From: Macrostomum hystrix
Taxonomy: Eukaryota > Animalia > Platyhelminthes
DNA: 64,000 nucleotides
Direction of reading: 5' to 3'
Assembly (NCBI GenBank): GCA_950097015.1
Contig: CATNEN010000039.1
Coordinates: 20,274,001-20,338,000, forward strand
In this document: piece by piece, positions 52,797-64,000 of the stretch
Layout of the letters: each line of letters begins with the position of its first letter
Position numbering within the stretch: position 1 is the stretch's first letter
Notes under the pieces: generated by a model
The model's database searches: none
What the model was told of the DNA's origin: nothing
What the model saw: the letters and a program-made list of their open reading frames with translations, nothing else
Translations under genes and position numbers: made by a program

Positions 52797-55508
52797 GTCA
52801 ACTGGGGAGTCATCATCAAAATGGGGATCATGGTGAACTGGGGGATCATGGTAAACTGGGGGATAATTGTCGACTGGGGGATCAATGTCAACCGGGGGAT
52901 CATTGTCAACTGGGGGATCATTGTCAACTGGGGGATCATTGTCAAATGGGGGATCATTGTCAACTGGGGGATCTTTGTCAACTGGGGGTTCATTGTCAAC
53001 TGGGGGTTCATTGTCAACTGGGGGATCATTGTCAACTGGGGGATCATTGTGAACTGAGAGATCATTGTCAAGTGGGGGGTAATGGTCAACTGGGGGATAA
53101 TTGTCAACTGGGGAATCATCATCAACTGGGGATCATCATCAACTGGGGGATCATTGAGAACTGGGGGATCTTTGTCAACTGGGGGATCATTGTATACTGT
53201 GGGATCATTGTCAACTGGGGGATCATTGTCAACTGGGGGATCATTGTCAACTGGGGGATCGTTGTCAACTGGGGGTTCATTGTCAACTGGGGGATCATTG
53301 TCAACTGGGGGATCATTGTCAACTGGGGGATCATCATCAACTGGGGGATCATTGTCAACTGGGGGTTCATTGTCAACTGTGGGATCATTGTCAACCGGCG
53401 GGATCATTGTCAACTGGGGGATCATTGTCAACTGGGGGATCATTGTCAACTGGGGGATCATTGTCAACTGGGGGATCATCATCAACTGGGGGATCATTGT
53501 CAACTGGGGGAACATTGTCAACTGGAGGAACATTGTTAACTAGGGATCATCATCAATGGGGAGACTTCATCAACTGGGGGATCATTGTGAACTGGGGGAT
53601 CTTTGTTAACTGGGGGATCATTGTCAACTGGGGGATCATTCTCAACTGGGGGATCATTGTCAACTGGGGGATCATTTTCAACTGGGGAATCATCATTAAC
53701 TGGGGGATCATTGTTAACTGGGGGAACATTGTCAAATGGAGGAACATTGTTAACTGGGGATCATCATCAATGGGGAGACTTCATCAACTGGGGGATCATT
53801 GTGAACTGGGGGATCTTTGTTAACTGGGGGATCATTGTCAACTGGGGGATCATTGTCAAATGGGGGATCATTGTCAACTGGGGGATCATTTTCAACTGGG
53901 GGATCATCATCAACTGGGGGATCATCATCAACTGGGTGATCATTGTGAACTGGGGGATCTTTGTCAACTGGGGGATCATTGTCAACTGTGGGATCATTGT
54001 CAACTGGGGGATCATTGTCAAATGGGGGATCATTGTCAACTGTGGGATCGTTGTCAACTGGGGGTTCATTGTCAACTGGGGGATCATCATCAACTGGGGG
54101 ATCATTGTCAACTGGGTGATCATCATCAACTGGGGGATCATTGTCAACTGGGGGAACATTGTCAAATGGAGGAACATTGTTAACTGGGGATCATCATCAA
54201 TGGGGAGACTTCATCAACTGGGGGATCATTGTGAACTGGGGGATCTTTGTTAACTGGGGGATCATTGTCAACTGGGGGATCATTGTCAACTGGGGGATCA
54301 TTGTCAACTGTGGGATCATTGTCAACTGGGGGATCATTGTCAAATGGGGGATCATTGTCAACTGTGGGATCATTGTCAACTGGGGGGTAATGGTCAACTA
54401 GGGGATAATTGTCAACTGGGGAATCATCATCTATTGGGGGATCATGGTCAACTTGGGGATCATTGTCAACTGGATGATCATCATAAACTGGGGGATCATT
54501 GTCAATTGGGGGAACATTGTCAACTGGACGAACATTGTTAACTGGGGATCATCATCAATGGGGAGTCATCATCAACTGGGGGATCATTGTGAACTGGAGG
54601 ATCTTTGTCAACTGGGGGATCATTGTCAACTGGGGGATCATTGTCAACTGGGGGATCATTGTCAACTGGGAGATCATCATCAACGGGGGGATCATCATCA
54701 AATGGGGGATCATTGTCAACTGTGGGATCATTGTCAACTGGGGGATCATTGTCAACTGGGAGATCATTGTCAACTGGGGGATTATTGTCAACTGGGGGTT
54801 CATTGTCAACTGGGGGATCATTGTCAACTGGGGGATCATCATCAACTGGGAGATCATCATCAACGGGGGTATCATTGTCAACTGGGGGATCATTGTCAAC
54901 GGGCGGGATCATTGTCAACTGGGGAATCATTGTCAACTGGGGGATCATTGTCAACTGGGGGATCATTGTCAACTGGGTGATCATCATCAACTGGGGGATC
55001 ATTGTCAACTGGGGGAACATTGTCAACTGGAGGAACATTGTTAACTGGGGATCATCATCAATGGGGAGTCATCATCAACTGGGGGATCATTGTGAACTGG
55101 GGGATCTTTGTTAACTGGGGGATCATTGTGAACTGGGGGATCATTGTCAACTGGGGGATCATTGTCAACTGGGGGATCATTTTCAACTGGGGGATCATCA
55201 TCAACTGGGGGATCATCATCAACTGGGGGATCATTGTGAACTGGGGGATCATTGTCAACTGGGGGATCATTGTCAACTGTGGGATCATTGTCAACGGGCG
55301 AGATCATTGTCAACTGGGGGATCATTGTCAACTGGGGGATCATTGTCAACTGGGGGATCATCATCAACTGGGGGATCATTGTGAACTGGGGGATCATTGT
55401 CAACTGGGGGATCATTGTCAACTGTGGGATCATTGTCAACTGGGGGATCATTGTCAACTGGGGGATAATTGTCAACTAGGGGATCATCATCAACTAGGGG
55501 ATCATTGT
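52797..55508. repeat. 18-bp minisatellite (ACTGGGGGATCATTGTCA)
   Basis: Tandem periodicity; it is the source of the NWGIIV/QLGDHC pseudo-ORFs. Confidence 0.96.
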
Positions 55509-56064
55509 TGCTATAAAAGTCTGTAAATTCAGCTGCTAAAAAGTATATACTAGACGAATTAAAAGTATTTCTGCTCCCCGAAGGGGGGCAAAACTTGCTA
55601 GTAATTAGACTAATAATAAGCGAGCGCTTGACCATGCTGTGGAATGTTATCAAATAAATCGTTTGCTGTTTGATCAGAAGAATAATTCCTTCTTGAATGG
55701 CAAATTATTTGCTAAATAAGCATATGCCTTTTTATATTTTTGCTTTATGACTAACTTACCAATTAGCAGCAGCTGGCTGTAACTAGAGGCTATTAAATGC
55801 AGTTTTTATTATTCATAGCTGCATTTCCCTATGCGTGAAGCGCTCATTGCAAAATATAGTCTCAGCTGTATGTGGTGACCGCAGCTTGTGCTGCCGTGAT
55901 TTCTCAGGTGAACCACTGTAATTTGCAGGGCACTCTGTTAAGGTTAGAAAATTATGCTATAAAGCTTCACTGGGCAGTCTTGTGTCGTTAAGCCACAAAA
56001 GCGACAGGTTTGGCCACAGAATATTCTGCGGGATATTCTGTGGGTTTGGCTGGGGTTGGTCAGG

Positions 56065-56400
56065 AGGGTCAGTTGCAGAGCGATTTACGCGTTCGCCTCT
56101 CGCACCTATGTCCCTGAAATCGACTCTGCGTTGAGGCCACATATCAATTTGGGGCGCAGCCGCGGAGAGATGGCTTGGGGGCTTGTCGTGCAATTGCGCC
56201 CTTGAGGGCCAACCTCCAAGGCACAGAGAAGGTGTTCGCTGCCTGACGACGAGAAAGTCAGGGCAGATGTACGCACCTGTGGGTGTGTGCGCCTGCGTAC
56301 GGTATCTGTGTGCCTGTGTGCCTGTGTGCCTCCTCGCTGGCTGCGGGTCTAGTGTCACAAAATGATGTGCCATTCCCCACAGCCGTCCTTCAAATAAAAA
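56065..56400 (+). mobile_element. tRNA-derived SINE family 1, near full length
   Basis: Collinear with the reverse complement of 45281-45652. Confidence 0.85.
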
Positions 56401-56747
56401 TATCTTCCCATTGGGGGTTGGTCAGACAGACTAGTCGAGATTTGGTACAGACATCCTAATCGACTATTGGCTTCTGATTGATTCGGGTTTATTGAAATGT
56501 GACAACGCAGCGGAATAGAGGGAGCCCCATGGGCTAGGGAACTAATAGTCATCAGGTACCTGTACAGCACAAGCCAAACTCAATAACATGAACAACCCAG
56601 CCCGTTGAGCGTTCGAATGCAACACAATAAACTAACGCTCATTACTCAGACTCAATGTGTCATCAGATTGTCCGTGGTGCCTCACGGAAAGGGACACAAC
56701 AATACGCTCGTATCCTTCGCGATTTTATCAGCTAATGGGGGTATTGA

Positions 56748-57580
56748 CATGGATGAATGAATAGAATGGATTGCTATTCTGGCTCTGGCTATTTTCGTTT
56801 TTGACTCTTTTGCATCCGGTTCCCCCGTGCCTTTTCATTGGTTGATGATTGCCATAGACAATTTTCGGCCTTCGCCCCTTTCTTTCGATGCACAAGCGCA
56901 AAGAACCGAGAATGTCGGTTACTTGCAGAGATTATCGAGCGCTCGTTATTCCCTGGTTACTTGTTTGTCAATTGAAGTTGTTAATTGAAGCAGAGGAATA
57001 ATAACAAATCCCTTGCAAATTACAACAGTAATGATTTCAGATTTTCATGTCGAGGGTGATGATGAGGGTGCGATGACAATGCTACAATAATGGATTACTG
57101 GCGATGCTTTATCTGAATTTTACTATTGGAGTTAAGAAATTGGTTTTAAAGTTCTATTTCAACACAAGTAACTTCTATTTCGCCCAGAACTCTTCCGGCC
57201 TAAGTAGTAAGTTCAGTTTCATCATCGAGGGAGTACCTTTGTGTGTGCCCTTTTAGTAAGTTCTATTTCTTCAGTGACACATCAAAACTTGTGGTTCACG
57301 ATTCTATTAAGGTACATGACAACACAGACTGTTAGAATGGTGAAATTAAGTGAAATTGGAACAGGAAAACAACACACATAACGAGCGCTCGATAATCTCT
57401 GCAAGTAACCGACATTCTCGGTTCTTTGCGCTTGTGCATCGAAAGAAAGGGGCGAAGGCCGAAAATTGTCTATGGCAATCATCAACCAATGAAAAGGCAC
57501 GGGGGGAACCGGATGCAAAAGAGTCAAAAACGAAAATAGCCAGAGCCAGAATAGCAATCCATTCTATTCATTCATCCATT
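56748..57580. mobile_element. Foldback / P-element-like non-autonomous transposon with ~200-bp near-perfect TIRs
   Basis: 56748-56949 is the reverse complement of 57378-57580. Terminus CATGG; 8-bp flanks GGTATTGA / GATATTGC (6/8 match). Confidence 0.85.
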
Positions 57581-58607
57581 GATATTGCCCACTGGTTTGT
57601 AAAAAGTATTTGTTCAATAAGTGATAAAAGCTCTACTTCCTTGTACATGTATATTTACGAAACGAGACAAGCTACACAACAGTGCACACAAATAATATTT
57701 CACGTGCAGTTACCAATTGCAGGCAATTTAAAGTAAATACAAATTTAAACAAAAGTACAGAGACACTGTGACAACAATGCGAAAATACATTAACTAGTTG
57801 TCCTTAAAAGCAAGGGCAATGGGTGGGGTTATACAAATATTTTCATAGTTTTCATAGACAATCATTCTCTTGAGCATTAAAAATGCTATCGCACTTTACT
57901 GTAGTACGTACAATGCACGATTGCACATTTGGGTGCACCTCTTACCCATAGACAGTTAAAGCGTGCTGAAATAATTTAGTCTCGGGTGCAGCAATACGCA
58001 CAGCGTGAAATTTGTGGGCAGCAAGACAGATATTATAAATAATTAGTGCCATAGACATTACAGTCGTGTTACAGTCGGCCTTTATTGGTAGACCCGAAAT
58101 TCCCATCCAAAACGATTAAAAAGGCTTAAAATTAAATTTACAGACACTATATAAGCACAAATCGACTGAATCAGTTTCACAAAATACAAAATATTTTATT
58201 GCAAATTTATTCACAGTTCACAGTTTATTAGTCCTATATGAAGCTACGTTACGACGGCAAAGAAAGGACGGCTTCAAGTGTATTGAAACAGTATTTATTT
58301 AAAAAAAGTAAATAAAGTGAAACTTACATGGTTGAATGGGATTATAGACTTACATGTAACTGCAACAAAGCAAACGGCCGCTTTAATCGCTTAAATCGAT
58401 ACAAAAATAGACAGGCACACTCGTCGACTTGGTCATATCAAAAATAGACGTCTCCTAGGTCTCACAGACAACGAAATGAACTTAAATTTTTTATGAACCT
58501 TTTCTTATCCCCTTAAAGAAGTCTGCAAGCAGTGTAATGCAAGCCTGATATAGCCTCACAAAACTCCCCAACGTGGGCTCATAGCCCTCTGACGTTTTTC
58601 ATACCTC

Positions 58608-59065
58608 TCACACTGTCTCATCTCTCACTGTCTCATCTATCCACTGCCTCATCTATCCACTGTCTCATCTATCCACTGTCTCATCTATCCACTGCCTCAT
58701 CTATCCACTGTCTCATCTCTCACTGTCTCATCTATCCACTGCCTCATCCATTCCACTGTCTCATCTATTCCACTGTCTCATCTATTCCACTGTCTCATCT
58801 ATTCCACTGTCTCATCTATTCCACTGTCTCATCTATTCCACTGTCTCATCTATTCCACTGTCTCATCTATTCCACTGTCTCATCTATTCCACTGTCTCAT
58901 CTATTCCACTGTCTCATCTATTCCACTGTCTCATCTATCCATTGTCTCATCTCCCCTTTCCTCACTTCCATCTTGTCCCATCTCTCTCTTGTACCATATC
59001 TCACTTGTCTCGTCTCTCCAGTGCCCCATCTCTCACTTGTCTCGTCTCTCTAGTGTCGCATCTCC
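58608..59065. repeat. 16-17-bp minisatellite (CCACTGTCTCATCTAT[T]), related to the hAT MITE internal unit
   Basis: Tandem periodicity. The reverse complement ATAGATGAGACAGTGG resembles GAGATGAGACAGCGGA. Confidence 0.9.
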
Positions 59066-59386
59066 TCGCAACTGAATCCGACCATCTGATCGTCTTACGA
59101 GTAGCAATTTTTTGCTTGGCATATCTAGGCTAATAAATTTATCTGGCCATACTCTGAATCACATGGCGTACATTTAATAATGTTCAATGCTGCAGAACTT
59201 TGTAGCAACATTTTTAGTCAAACTAAATGAAAAGAGATTAGACAAGTGAGGGTTGAGACAAAGGGAGAGATGGTATATCTTGAAGTAGATGTTGGAAGGG
59301 GCCAGGGGCCATATTTGTGGGCTTTAAAGGTCGCATCATACCTGTTGTAAACCCAAAATTTCCAGCTAGTCAATAAAATTTCACTG

Positions 59387-59844
59387 TTATCCCTCTGTGG
59401 TGACTTTGCCGCATTTCTTTAACGGAATCGCTTCTTCGATCCGATCGTTACCTCCAATGTAGACGCCGCCACCGATGTAATCGCTGCCATCGCTTTCATC
59501 GCTGTCATTGCGTTGAGATCGACGCAGCTCATTAACCTGGTCTGTCTGCATGGTCTGCAGGCCGAATGACAAGCCGCTGCCATTGCCTTCCTCTCTGCGA
59601 CCTCCTCTGGCAGTGGTGCAGAGGCACTTCAGCAGCCGGCGTCCCAGAGGCGTCGCGGCGAATGCGGATCGGAATTCCGCATTGACAGCGAAGTAGGCCA
59701 GAGCTGAGGCGGCCATGCCGCTCTTGGCCATGAGAATCGCAGACACTGATAGAATGTGGTACAGGCCACTGTCCAGGTCAAGCGGACTGGCCAAGCTGCA
59801 GATGGCTATTATTGTGTAAGGCGTCCAGCAGAGCAGAAACGTGC
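59387..59844 (-). CDS. Terminal exon (TM6-TM7-tail) of an opsin-like GPCR; upstream exons unresolved
   Basis: Acceptor TTTCATAG, then TFLLCWTPY (TM6), AILMAKSG with the TM7 lysine, and NAEFR in helix 8. A possible small upstream exon ends at 60133 (CAAIFLV-G). Confidence 0.75.
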
Positions 59845-61059
59845 CTATGAAATGAAACGCAATGTTTTTTTCAGTGCCAATTAAGAAAGAAGAATGATAT
59901 TTCGAACCCAGACATCACTGGAGAAATGTCATTTAAAGTCCGAAACCAAAGCAAAGGCTTCCTTGCCTTGTTTAAATCGAAGCACTTCAATATGCTTTCT
60001 CTTATTTCTCCTATTGCTTCGCAATAAAAAATAAAAATCAATCATCGAACCGTTGAGTGTATAGAGATGCAGCAAAACTCTGTAGGGTGTAGCCATGCGC
60101 TTTTAGCCGTGGGAAATTCAAAACGAACACACCTACAAGAAATATGGCTGCACACGGCTCTGAGATGGTATACCGATAGAAAATTCGGGTACTTTAAAGC
60201 TATAGGAATTTAGCTTTGAGAGAGTTTAGAGACCTCGATATTGACCCTCGCTTAAAGTGCTTCCTGGCTTTAAGCGTTTAGTTCAATCTCTTCATGCATG
60301 TGCTACATGCACGAGCTATATAATAATTTAGTAGTGAATGCTATACAAAAGTACTTTCTGTAGCAGTGACACGCGCCATTTAAAAGGATGCTGACACAAG
60401 TAATGCTCAGATTTTTTACTATTATCGACTTCTTCTCCTGTAGGGTTTCGTGCTGAAAACACTCTATGGGGCCAGAAAATCAAAACCAATCAGCTATCTG
60501 ATTTTTGCTGAACGAATGTTTCAGAAAGCTTTTGTAAGAATGAGAAATAATTTACTCGTACCAAAGCCACTGATTCTTTATGAGTGCAATGTAAATAAAA
60601 GCTCAAACCAGAATTCCCCCCATCATGCAATGTACTATATCACTGCGCCTCTGTTGTCAAGGCTCATTGGCGAAAATAATGCAACAAGCCCCAAGCCTTC
60701 TCTGTGGGGAAAAGGATTTTTATTCACTGTACAATCGTCTGCAAAACCACCCATTTCGTGTAGCATTTAAGAATTTTCTATTCCTATCTGATTGGCTGAG
60801 ACGCAACACATTATAGATCATTTAAGCACGGTGGTGCGTTGTGATTGGCTAGTTAGGCGTAAGCTCCCCTGTTCAAGCCTACCTTCTCCCCGACTGTTTC
60901 TACAAATTTTGTGCAGCTAACGCTCAAATAAATCAAGCTTTCTCCTCCTTGTTGACATACTTCTCGAACAAGTTTGAATGATCTGCGCGCACGGCTACAC
61001 ATGGCAATCAATATTCTGTAAAGTGACTGTGGTCGGGTTGGAATCCCCGGCCTACAGTA

Positions 61060-62488
61060 CTATACCTTTTCAACTTCGGATTCGTCAAAAGTGAGTTCGA
61101 ATTCGTCAGCCTATATAAAACTATAGAGCGCTCAAGGGAATGAGAAGGGGTGTCTAATTTCTTTCGAGAAATGGTCATTTCTTTCGAGAAAGTGACTTCG
61201 AATTCGTCAAAGTACGAGTAAGTGAAATTCGTCAGTGCAAAAGCAGCCTGATCAGAAAGTGTCTTCGCTTCGTCTATGGCAAGAAAGCAAAGTGCCCAGT
61301 GTAAATTTAAGCGAGAAAGTGAGTGAAATTCGTCAATGTAAAATAAGTCAGAAATCTTTCATTACTCATTTCCTGCTCTTATTGTTGTCAGAGATGCCAT
61401 ATATGAGAATTTCGTCTGTGGATCGCTCTAGACTCGTGCGATGTTTTCAACAGGGACGAGACTGGAGACTTATCGCAGTTGAACTGGACATTAAGAGGAC
61501 GACTGCCAATGACATTATCAGAAGATATGTAGATGAAGATAGGATTGATCTTAACGCGCGTGGAGGTGTGGTGAGACCAAAGTTCACCGAGGAGATGCTC
61601 GAGGCATTGACGAGGTACGTGGAAGAGAAGCCGACTGTAACGCTAAAAGAAATGCAGCAAAAGCTTGTGGCAGACTTTCCTGCTGCTCCTGTCGTGACAA
61701 CGCAGGCAATTAGTCGTCGGCTTGACGGGACTTTGTGCATTACATTGAAAGATGTACGGCGGGTTCACGGAGATTGGAATAGTGACGTGACAAAAGAAGT
61801 TAGATTTCTACACATGACCTGGATGCTAGAAACTGGACTGTTTGTAAGGAATTTAATCTACGTAGATGAGTGTGGGTGCAACCTATGGACGGCACGAACT
61901 AAAGGATGGGCGGATTTTGGCAATTTCAGTTTCTTCCACCTTACTCGCCTTTCTTGAACGCCACTGAAATGGCAATTTCTTGCATGAAGGCGGCCCTGAA
62001 ACGGCGCATGACCGACCCTGAAGTTGTCTTTGAAGTGCATGATCGTCAGGCGGCTGTAGCAGCAGGTGAGACACTTCAGAACCGGCGTCTTCGCATTTTG
62101 AGTCGAGAAGTGGAAGCTGCGATGGTTGCGATCACGGAGGAGAAATGCCGACAATGGCACGAATTCACACTTCGGTACGGACCGCGGTGTCTGGCACACG
62201 GAGAAATTTTGGACTGACTACAGCGTGTTAACCTGTTCAAGCGACTTTAAAGCGTGATTTTATGCGTCTGTTTTCCTGTTTTGTTTGTTTAGTTGCTGTT
62301 TTACTTCACGATTGACAATATATACTGGTTGCACTGACGAATTTCACTTACTTTGACGAATTCGAAGTCACTTTCTCGAAAGAAATTACCATAGACACCC
62401 TTCTCATTCCCTTGAGCGCTCTATAGTTTTATATAGACTGACGAATTCGAAGTCACTTTTGACGAATCCGAAGTTGAAAAGGTACGAG
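61060..62488 (+). mobile_element. Tc1/IS630-family DNA transposon with long TIRs and an internally deleted transposase (61394-62217)
   Basis: TA duplication; ~160-180 bp TIRs with repeated GAATTCGTCA boxes. The HTH region and YVDECG are joined, across a frame change near 61905, to FLPPYSPFLNATE. Confidence 0.93.
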
Positions 62489-62647
62489 TATATTAAGCAT
62501 AATACGAATAATCACTATAATCACACAGTACTTCTAAGTAAGATACAGTACTCCGTACAGGCCTGGCACTCCGAAAGTAAAGACACGCATGCAGCGCTTA
62601 CCGGTCGGAACGCAGAATGACAGGATGACTTCGATTTCATTTATTTG

Positions 62648-62689
62648 TATACAATAAGTTGAGACTTTGCAGTAAGAGACCGTCTTTAC
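62648..62689 (-). other. Spliced-leader-like sequence (relic), not an SL RNA gene
   Basis: GTAAAGACGGTCTCTTACTGCAAAGTCTCAACTTATTGTATA matches 37/42 positions of the Macrostomum SL as I recall it (not checked against a database). The terminal ATG reads ATA, and no GT donor follows directly. Confidence 0.75.
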
Positions 62690-64000
62690 CCATGGGATCT
62701 TAAAGTTCGCCGGAGCGAGCGCAGTTGCCCTGGCACGGGCAGATATTGACAAACAAATGGGGCAGCAAGGGGGCAGACAGGGGAGGCCGTGCACAGACAG
62801 GGTCAAGCCACCAGCGCGCAGGGAGGGGTGGGGTTGTACGCGCTGGCCGGGTGGACGGGCAAAGCAACGCAGAGCTGATTGGCGGGAGGGGCAAAGCCAC
62901 GAAGGGCTGGGGTAAGGGTTGACAGACAATGCCCGCGTCCAGCCAATCAGATGGCGGCACAGGGCACCCTGAGCAGGGCCGGGGGAGGAGGGAGAGAAAG
63001 GGCGAGGCCAAGACCGGGCCAAACAAACCGGCATCAAAAACACAACGGCCTTGGCGAGCAGTCGACCTGAGAAACACAGGCACTACAATTCATTAAGCAT
63101 CGGTTAAGTAGGTAGCAGCAAATGACCCTCATGGCTTGCAGAGCATTCATTCTATTCTAGTTCATTTGCTAATTATTAAGAAGGAGCTGAATCCTTCCAC
63201 TACGCATGCTAACTAGCGCAAGTACCCAATTACATCATTACTGCTAATTACCTGAGGTTCTGTTGAGTAAATCAAAAGAACTTGCCCCAAATCAAAGAAG
63301 TGCCTTTCCAAATACCAAGGAGAAGAACGATCGGGAGGAAAATATGATTATGTGTCTCGCGACTCTTGCCTACAGAACCATATGCTTCATTTCATCCTTA
63401 AAAACGAAGTCATGCAAAATTTCTGCTTAATTAAGTCTGCGCTATTCGTCAACTTTTTTATGACGAGCTAAACCAGTTTTCAACTCAAGCATTTAGTTAT
63501 GATGATGACGGAACACGCGATGCAGATTATTTCTACGTTAGTCCAGCTCCGAATATTTGAGTTAGCAATGATTCGTCTTGTCAAAATATTAACAAGAATT
63601 ACGAGCTACATTTACTAAAAAAGAACGACAATAACGACAAAGAACGACCAGGTCGAGCATTTATGTCAGTCTAAACATGTTCAGAGAACGCAGTCAAAAT
63701 AAGCCTCGTGACAGAGAGAATCACTGGGCATTGAAGCGATGAAATTATTAGATGGTTTCTATGTAGCTCTCTTAAGAACGCGAAGCGCTTATATCCATGA
63801 CAATACATGTGTACGCAAAGCTTTTAAAGCACTCTGAGTTGACATGCAATAGTAATGATCATTAGCCTGTTACAAATGCACTTAAGAGCTGAACATGATT
63901 GACTGACACAGCATTTTAGACATTTGCCATACAGACGCCATTATCAGACGGTGTGTATTGTATTTCATGAACAAAAATATGAGTTTTTAAGTGAGCCAAA

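Larger units (their letters stand above)
50182..55601 (+). mobile_element. Non-autonomous Helitron-like element, copy B, head-to-tail with A
   Basis: Starts TCCACTATACTAAA directly after the CTAG of copy A. Ends with the GCTCCCCGAAGGGGGGC hairpin and CTAG|T. The last ~90 bp are nearly identical to copy A. Confidence 0.8.
61017..63087 (-). mobile_element. Solo LTR (about 640 bp once the nested Tc1 is removed), probably Gypsy-like
   Basis: Minus-strand termini TGTAG...TTACA; perfect 4-bp TSD ATTC at 61013-61016 and 63088-63091; GC-rich U3 with CCAAT boxes; AATAAA at 62645-62640. Confidence 0.75.

Noticed and set aside
49502-55653. Many NWGIIV/QLGDHC/MIPQLT repeat ORFs resembling hexapeptide proteins
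   Set aside because: An 18-bp satellite open in several frames on both strands, with frame-breaking 17-bp units.
60900-61016. Opsin exon ILIAMCSRARRSF
   Set aside because: Its apparent acceptor is created by the LTR end, and its phase does not fit the downstream exon.
62600-62689. Functional SL RNA gene
   Set aside because: The terminal ATG is mutated, no GT donor follows directly, and I saw no clear Sm site.
62534-63083. GC-rich ORFs of 127-169 aa
   Set aside because: They lie within the solo LTR and show no recognisable domain.

Overview
Eukaryotic (animal) genomic DNA, most likely a Macrostomum-type flatworm. That assignment is inferred from a match to the Macrostomum spliced leader as I recall it, plus gene style. 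All five recognisable genes are on the minus strand: a 5-exon single-domain ACE/peptidyl-dipeptidase A (18172->15169), a 2-exon FMRFamide-receptor-like GPCR (23032->20436), an hnRNP L-like 4-RRM protein (38148->32653), a 5-exon SWEET/SLC50A1 transporter (40969->38812) and the 3' end of an atypical opsin (59844->59387). The rest is a dense mix of minisatellites (mostly 16-42 bp units) and transposons: two tRNA-derived SINE families, a decayed RTE LINE, hAT- and P-like MITEs, a head-to-tail Helitron dimer carrying satellite arrays, a mariner relic, and a Tc1-type element nested in a solo LTR. Most long ORFs in the supplied track are satellite artefacts. The strongest lead is the solo LTR (61017-63087, ATTC target duplication), which carries a decayed copy of the host spliced leader just before its poly(A) signal. 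The second lead is that SWEET and hnRNP L lie about 660 bp apart, and the hnRNP L frame opens at a bare splice acceptor, consistent with an operon whose downstream gene takes its start codon from the flatworm SL AUG.
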